Below the pieces are notes generated by a model that worked only from the letters and a program-made list of their open reading frames with translations, was not told where the DNA came from and did not search any database. Positions 26,675 through 29,526 of a stretch of DNA of 29,526 bases are shown in pieces. This DNA comes from a virus (lineage: Duplodnaviria > Caudoviricetes): IMG/VR virus record IMGVR_UViG_3300048574_000064, positions 1 to 29,526 of that record; one strand, 5' to 3'. The first letter of the stretch is position 1. Every line of letters starts with the position of its first letter. The position numbers were made by a program, and so were the translations under genes.

Positions 26675-27040
26675 ATGTCTGATGTGAATCTACTCGAACG
26701 CCTGTTGGACCGGGCGGAAAAGATGTCCGAAGAGCTTGTCCAAGTGCGTGAGCAAGCAACGGCCATCCAAGCTCGACTTGACAAGATCAACGGCTCAGTT
26801 GGGCGGCACGACACCACAATCAACGAACTGAGAGTTTGGACGGCAACAAAGGACCAGTCATGCTCAGTCCATTTGCGTGAGATTGCGGACTTGGCGAAGG
26901 CGTTGAAAGAGCATCAAGACGAGAACCAAATCTCCAATCAGACCGTCCTCAAGATTGCAGTTCTGGCAGCAATCACGGTCATGACGGTGTTCCAGGTTGG
27001 TGGGCCGTTGGTTGAGAAGTTGGTAGGGTTGGTGAAGTGA
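26675..27040 (+). CDS. Coiled-coil protein with C-terminal TM helix; holin-like candidate
   Basis: LDKINGSVGRH coiled coil, IAVLAAITVMTVF hydrophobic tail; last late gene; ATAAATA 5 nt upstream. Confidence 0.6.
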   Translation: MSDVNLLERLLDRAEKMSEELVQVREQATAIQARLDKINGSVGRHDTTINELRVWTATKDQSCSVHLREIADLAKALKEHQDENQISNQTVLKIAVLAAITVMTVFQVGGPLVEKLVGLVK

Positions 27041-27047
27041 TTTGAGT

Positions 27048-28022
27048 CTATGGCTGCTTGGCGAGTCCCAAGTCCTTTTCAGCCCATTGAGTGATTTCTT
27101 TCGTGATGCTTTTTGTAATATGGTAAGTGTCAAATGAACGATATAGCTTGCCCGTCATGTCAGAGGGTAAGTCCTTCATTCGCTGATCTTTCAGCAATAA
27201 CACTCTTCTGTCCATTGCTCTCATGAACCCATATTCCAGCGGTACGTTTGGGCTAAACTCTTTGACGTTGATTTCATCGAAAACACAAATACCAAATCGG
27301 CATCCCATCATGTACACGCAAATGTTGTCCCACAGATCACCATCTGTCGGATACAGTCTGTCGTCGGCTCTCAGGACGGCCAGCCCATATTCAGCGCAAG
27401 CTGCTACTATGGCGCTGCGTATTTCCTCGTGCTGCTCACTTGGCTCAAAACGCATCATCAAAAAGACGTTGCGGTTCGTTTGCGGGTGATCTTTGTGAAA
27501 CTGCTCAAGGAAGGGCTGAAGGCCTTCGTACCCAGGTATGGCTTGTGGGATCATTTTCTTCTTTAGAATCTCGGAGACGTAAACATCTGCTCTATGCGCC
27601 ATTGCAAGTCGTTGTAGTTCTATAGGTGCGGTGACTTCCTGAAGCGGAATGCTCACACTTTCCACCTCGACAAATCCAAGACGCAATTGGGCTGCGCCGA
27701 TCCAATCATTAGCGGCAGATGTCTCCACTTCTACCTGCATCCAGTATTGCGCTGGAATGGAAAAGTTGGATAATTTGGCAAATACGACATGGAGGAAAGA
27801 ATGGTCAATTACGCCGAGTATATTATGGCAGTGGAGAGCGGGGAAGAGGCTTGGGTTCAAGCTGTATTTTTGCTGAAATTTAATCAGCTCTTCTTTGAAT
27901 AGGTTCCATGCGGATTTCGCACCTGAATCAAGATGCGGAGGCAAGTTGGACCCGCCGAAGTGCATTGAGAAAGAATTTGGCAAAGAAGACATAGTGCGAA
28001 ATCTCGCCGGAGCAAGAGTCAA
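27048..28022 (-). CDS. Protein with C-terminal nucleoside 2-deoxyribosyltransferase/TIR-like domain
   Basis: NVFLMMRF, VLRADD, SPNVPLEYG, LPSDMTG; true start may be ATG 27992. Confidence 0.75.
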   Translation of the reverse strand: MTLAPARFRTMSSLPNSFSMHFGGSNLPPHLDSGAKSAWNLFKEELIKFQQKYSLNPSLFPALHCHNILGVIDHSFLHVVFAKLSNFSIPAQYWMQVEVETSAANDWIGAAQLRLGFVEVESVSIPLQEVTAPIELQRLAMAHRADVYVSEILKKKMIPQAIPGYEGLQPFLEQFHKDHPQTNRNVFLMMRFEPSEQHEEIRSAIVAACAEYGLAVLRADDRLYPTDGDLWDNICVYMMGCRFGICVFDEINVKEFSPNVPLEYGFMRAMDRRVLLLKDQRMKDLPSDMTGKLYRSFDTYHITKSITKEITQWAEKDLGLAKQP

Positions 28023-28067
28023 TACCGATCAGCCAAATTACTGCTAATCCTGCCGTTCGTCCCTTTC

Positions 28068-28421
28068 CTATCCTTGCATCTGACGCTTCACGAACTCAAT
28101 CATTGCGGACTTCATCAAATCGAGTGTAATGGTTCCGACTTTGGACAAGGCCCTCTTGCTTGAGTTCCAGGCATTGTCATTCCGAGAGTATTCAAGAAAA
28201 TCGTGACCACTATTCGTTAGTCGCACAGGTTTCCAGTCTTGCCCATCGCTGCTCGAAGCATCGTAAGCCTCGATCAGACCAGCTTCCGCAAGCAAGTGGA
28301 CATGCTCGGAAACCTCTTCGCTCATCCGTCCCTCGATTTCCAACTCAAGCCAGCCGTTTGTTGATGGTGACTCTTCCAGTTCCAGAAGAATTGCCTTCAT
28401 TAAGTCCAGGTCACGTTTCAT
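28068..28421 (-). CDS. DUF2513-like winged-helix protein
   Basis: MKRDLDLMKAILLELE, HVHLLAEAGLI, RLTNSGHDFLE, W; SD GGAGGAG. Confidence 0.88.
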   Translation of the reverse strand: MKRDLDLMKAILLELEESPSTNGWLELEIEGRMSEEVSEHVHLLAEAGLIEAYDASSSDGQDWKPVRLTNSGHDFLEYSRNDNAWNSSKRALSKVGTITLDLMKSAMIEFVKRQMQG

Positions 28422-28934
28422 CGTTGATCCACTCTCCTCCGACGAAGGCTGCGTCGGTGTTCGACTACCGTTGCTCTGATGTCGTCAACCATCTCAGCGT
28501 CGGCATCGGTCCAGACCAGCGTTTCACCCCGATACATTTCTTCCCATCCCTGTTCTGAATGGCATCATAGCGCATTCATCCAGGTGGTAAAACGGTCAGG
28601 ACTCGGCATCGATGCTACCGATCCGTTGTGGACAGGTCAATTGTGTCCGAGTCCGAGTGACAATTTACCCAGTGTCGTGTAGAATACTTGCTGCTTTCAG
28701 CGAAAAACCCGTATGCCCTGTGGCGTCGTATTGCTGAGAGATGATCGACAGAAAGAGGCTGCGCATGATTCTCGATGATCCATTTGAAGTCGTGCATCGC
28801 TACTTGGCGTACGGCGACGACGATAGCGGCGACGACTACGAAGATCAGGCCGCTGACGAACAAAGTGAAGACTCTGACGACCGAGGCTCCGATCCTGAGC
28901 CTGTCCAGCGAGACTAACTAAGGCCATGAAAGAC

Positions 28935-28980
28935 ACGAAGGAGAGGCGATTCGGTCAGTCTCGTGATGCCTCTCCTTCGT
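28935..28980. repeat. Perfect 13-bp inverted repeat ACGAAGGAGAGGC / GCCTCTCCTTCGT
   Basis: Arms at 28935-28947 and 28968-28980 with a 20-nt loop. Confidence 0.85.
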
Positions 28981-29012
28981 TAAGAAGCGGGTGTCAAAGC
29001 CACGGAACGAAT

Positions 29013-29115
29013 GCTGAAAGCGGATCAAGTAGATCAGGTCAACGCACTCGTCCGGGATGCGCTCTCGAAGGCTGCTGAGATTGTCGCCAAAGTAGAGCTT
29101 GTTCTTCCAAGACAT
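29013..29115 (-). pseudogene. N-terminal remnant of an N4/N6 DNA methyltransferase
   Basis: MSWKNKLYFGDNL..LRERIPDECVDLIYL, then a frameshift where DPPF is expected (TAC TT GAT CCG CT TTC); the rest is absent. Confidence 0.8.
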
Positions 29116-29197
29116 TTCTTGTTGTTCCTGTTCTGAGAGGCATCATAGCGCACTCTTGGCGATTGGCACGCCGGATGCTCTCCTACCCCACGTCGTC

Positions 29198-29206
29198 TGA
29201 TAGAAT
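29198..29206 (+). promoter_or_regulatory. Extended -10 (TGATAGAAT) for the phage tRNA
   Basis: Lies 9 nt before the tRNA 5' end. Confidence 0.6.
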
Positions 29207-29215
29207 CGTCTCGTT

Positions 29216-29301
29216 GGGGTCGTGGCGGAACTGGCAGACGCACCAGATTTAGGTTCTGGCGGTTAACAGCCGTGAGAGTTCAAGTCTCTCCGACCCCACC
29301 A
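29216..29301 (+). tRNA. Intact prophage-borne tRNA-Leu(TAG)
   Basis: Acceptor GGGGTCG/CGACCCC, anticodon arm CCAGA-TTTAGGT-TCTGG, long variable arm, T arm GAGAG-TTCAAGT-CTCTC, encoded ACCA end. Confidence 0.96.
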
Positions 29302-29336
29302 ACAACCCTCCTCGCTCCTCCTCTCCCTTCGATCAC

Positions 29337-29396
29337 CTGTGCTGACTGTGCTAAAACTGTGCTAACTGTGCTGATTTTTGAGCTTTTTTAGCACAG
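29337..29396 (+). repeat. Integrase arm-type sites: 4 direct CTGTGCTRA plus 1 inverted
   Basis: Direct copies start at 29337, 29346, 29357 and 29366; inverted TTAGCACAG at 29388-29396. Confidence 0.8.
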
Positions 29397-29440
29397 ATGT
29401 CGTCTGTATCTAATTGAAAACAAACGTCATCTAACACGAT

Positions 29441-29457
29441 CACTGGATTTAGGTTCC
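29441..29457 (+). repeat. attR core CACTGGATTTAGGTTCC
   Basis: Exact copy of 47-63. Confidence 0.93.
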
Positions 29458-29501
29458 AGCGGTTAACAGCCATGAGAGTTCAAGTCTCTCCGGCCCCACC
29501 A
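29441..29501 (+). pseudogene. 3' part of host tRNA-Leu(TAG), lacking the acceptor 5' strand and D arm
   Basis: Anticodon arm through CGGCCCC-A-CCA; upstream sequence is not tRNA-like. Confidence 0.93.
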
Positions 29502-29526
29502 CCCTCCACCGCCGCCGCCACCCCCG

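Larger units (their letters stand above)
47..29457 (+). mobile_element. Complete integrated prophage (HK97-like head, siphovirus-type tail) inserted in tRNA-Leu(TAG)
   Basis: Identical 17-bp direct repeat at both ends, integrase next to the left end, and a contiguous terminase-portal-protease-capsid-tail module. Confidence 0.95.

Noticed and set aside
29337-29396. Short tandem repeats as a CRISPR array or simple microsatellite
   Set aside because: 9-bp units with no spacers and no cas genes; matching copies at the other att end indicate integrase arm sites
29428-29437. CATCTAACAC shared with 10654-10663
   Set aside because: A single 10-bp match is expected by chance in 29 kb

Overview
The window is one complete ~29.4 kb prophage, bounded by a 17-bp att core (CACTGGATTTAGGTTCC at 47-63 and 29441-29457) in the anticodon arm of a host tRNA-Leu(TAG). 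Integration splits that tRNA and neither end restores it. The element instead carries its own intact tRNA-Leu(TAG) (29216-29301), whose compensatory substitutions fall mostly in the att core. Gene order: tyrosine integrase, accessory genes, a long structured non-coding region, a RES-domain gene, a full HK97-like siphovirus head/tail module, then right-end morons. The most unusual feature is a T4 gp55-like late sigma factor (7619-8284, with an extra C-terminal HTH-like segment) together with T4-late-type ATAAATA boxes. Seven of these lie 5-6 nt before start codons, implying leaderless mRNAs, and one sits in an SD-sequestering hairpin. I recognise no gp33, sliding clamp, replication protein, CI repressor or endolysin. 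All protein calls come from motif recognition by eye, not from database searches.
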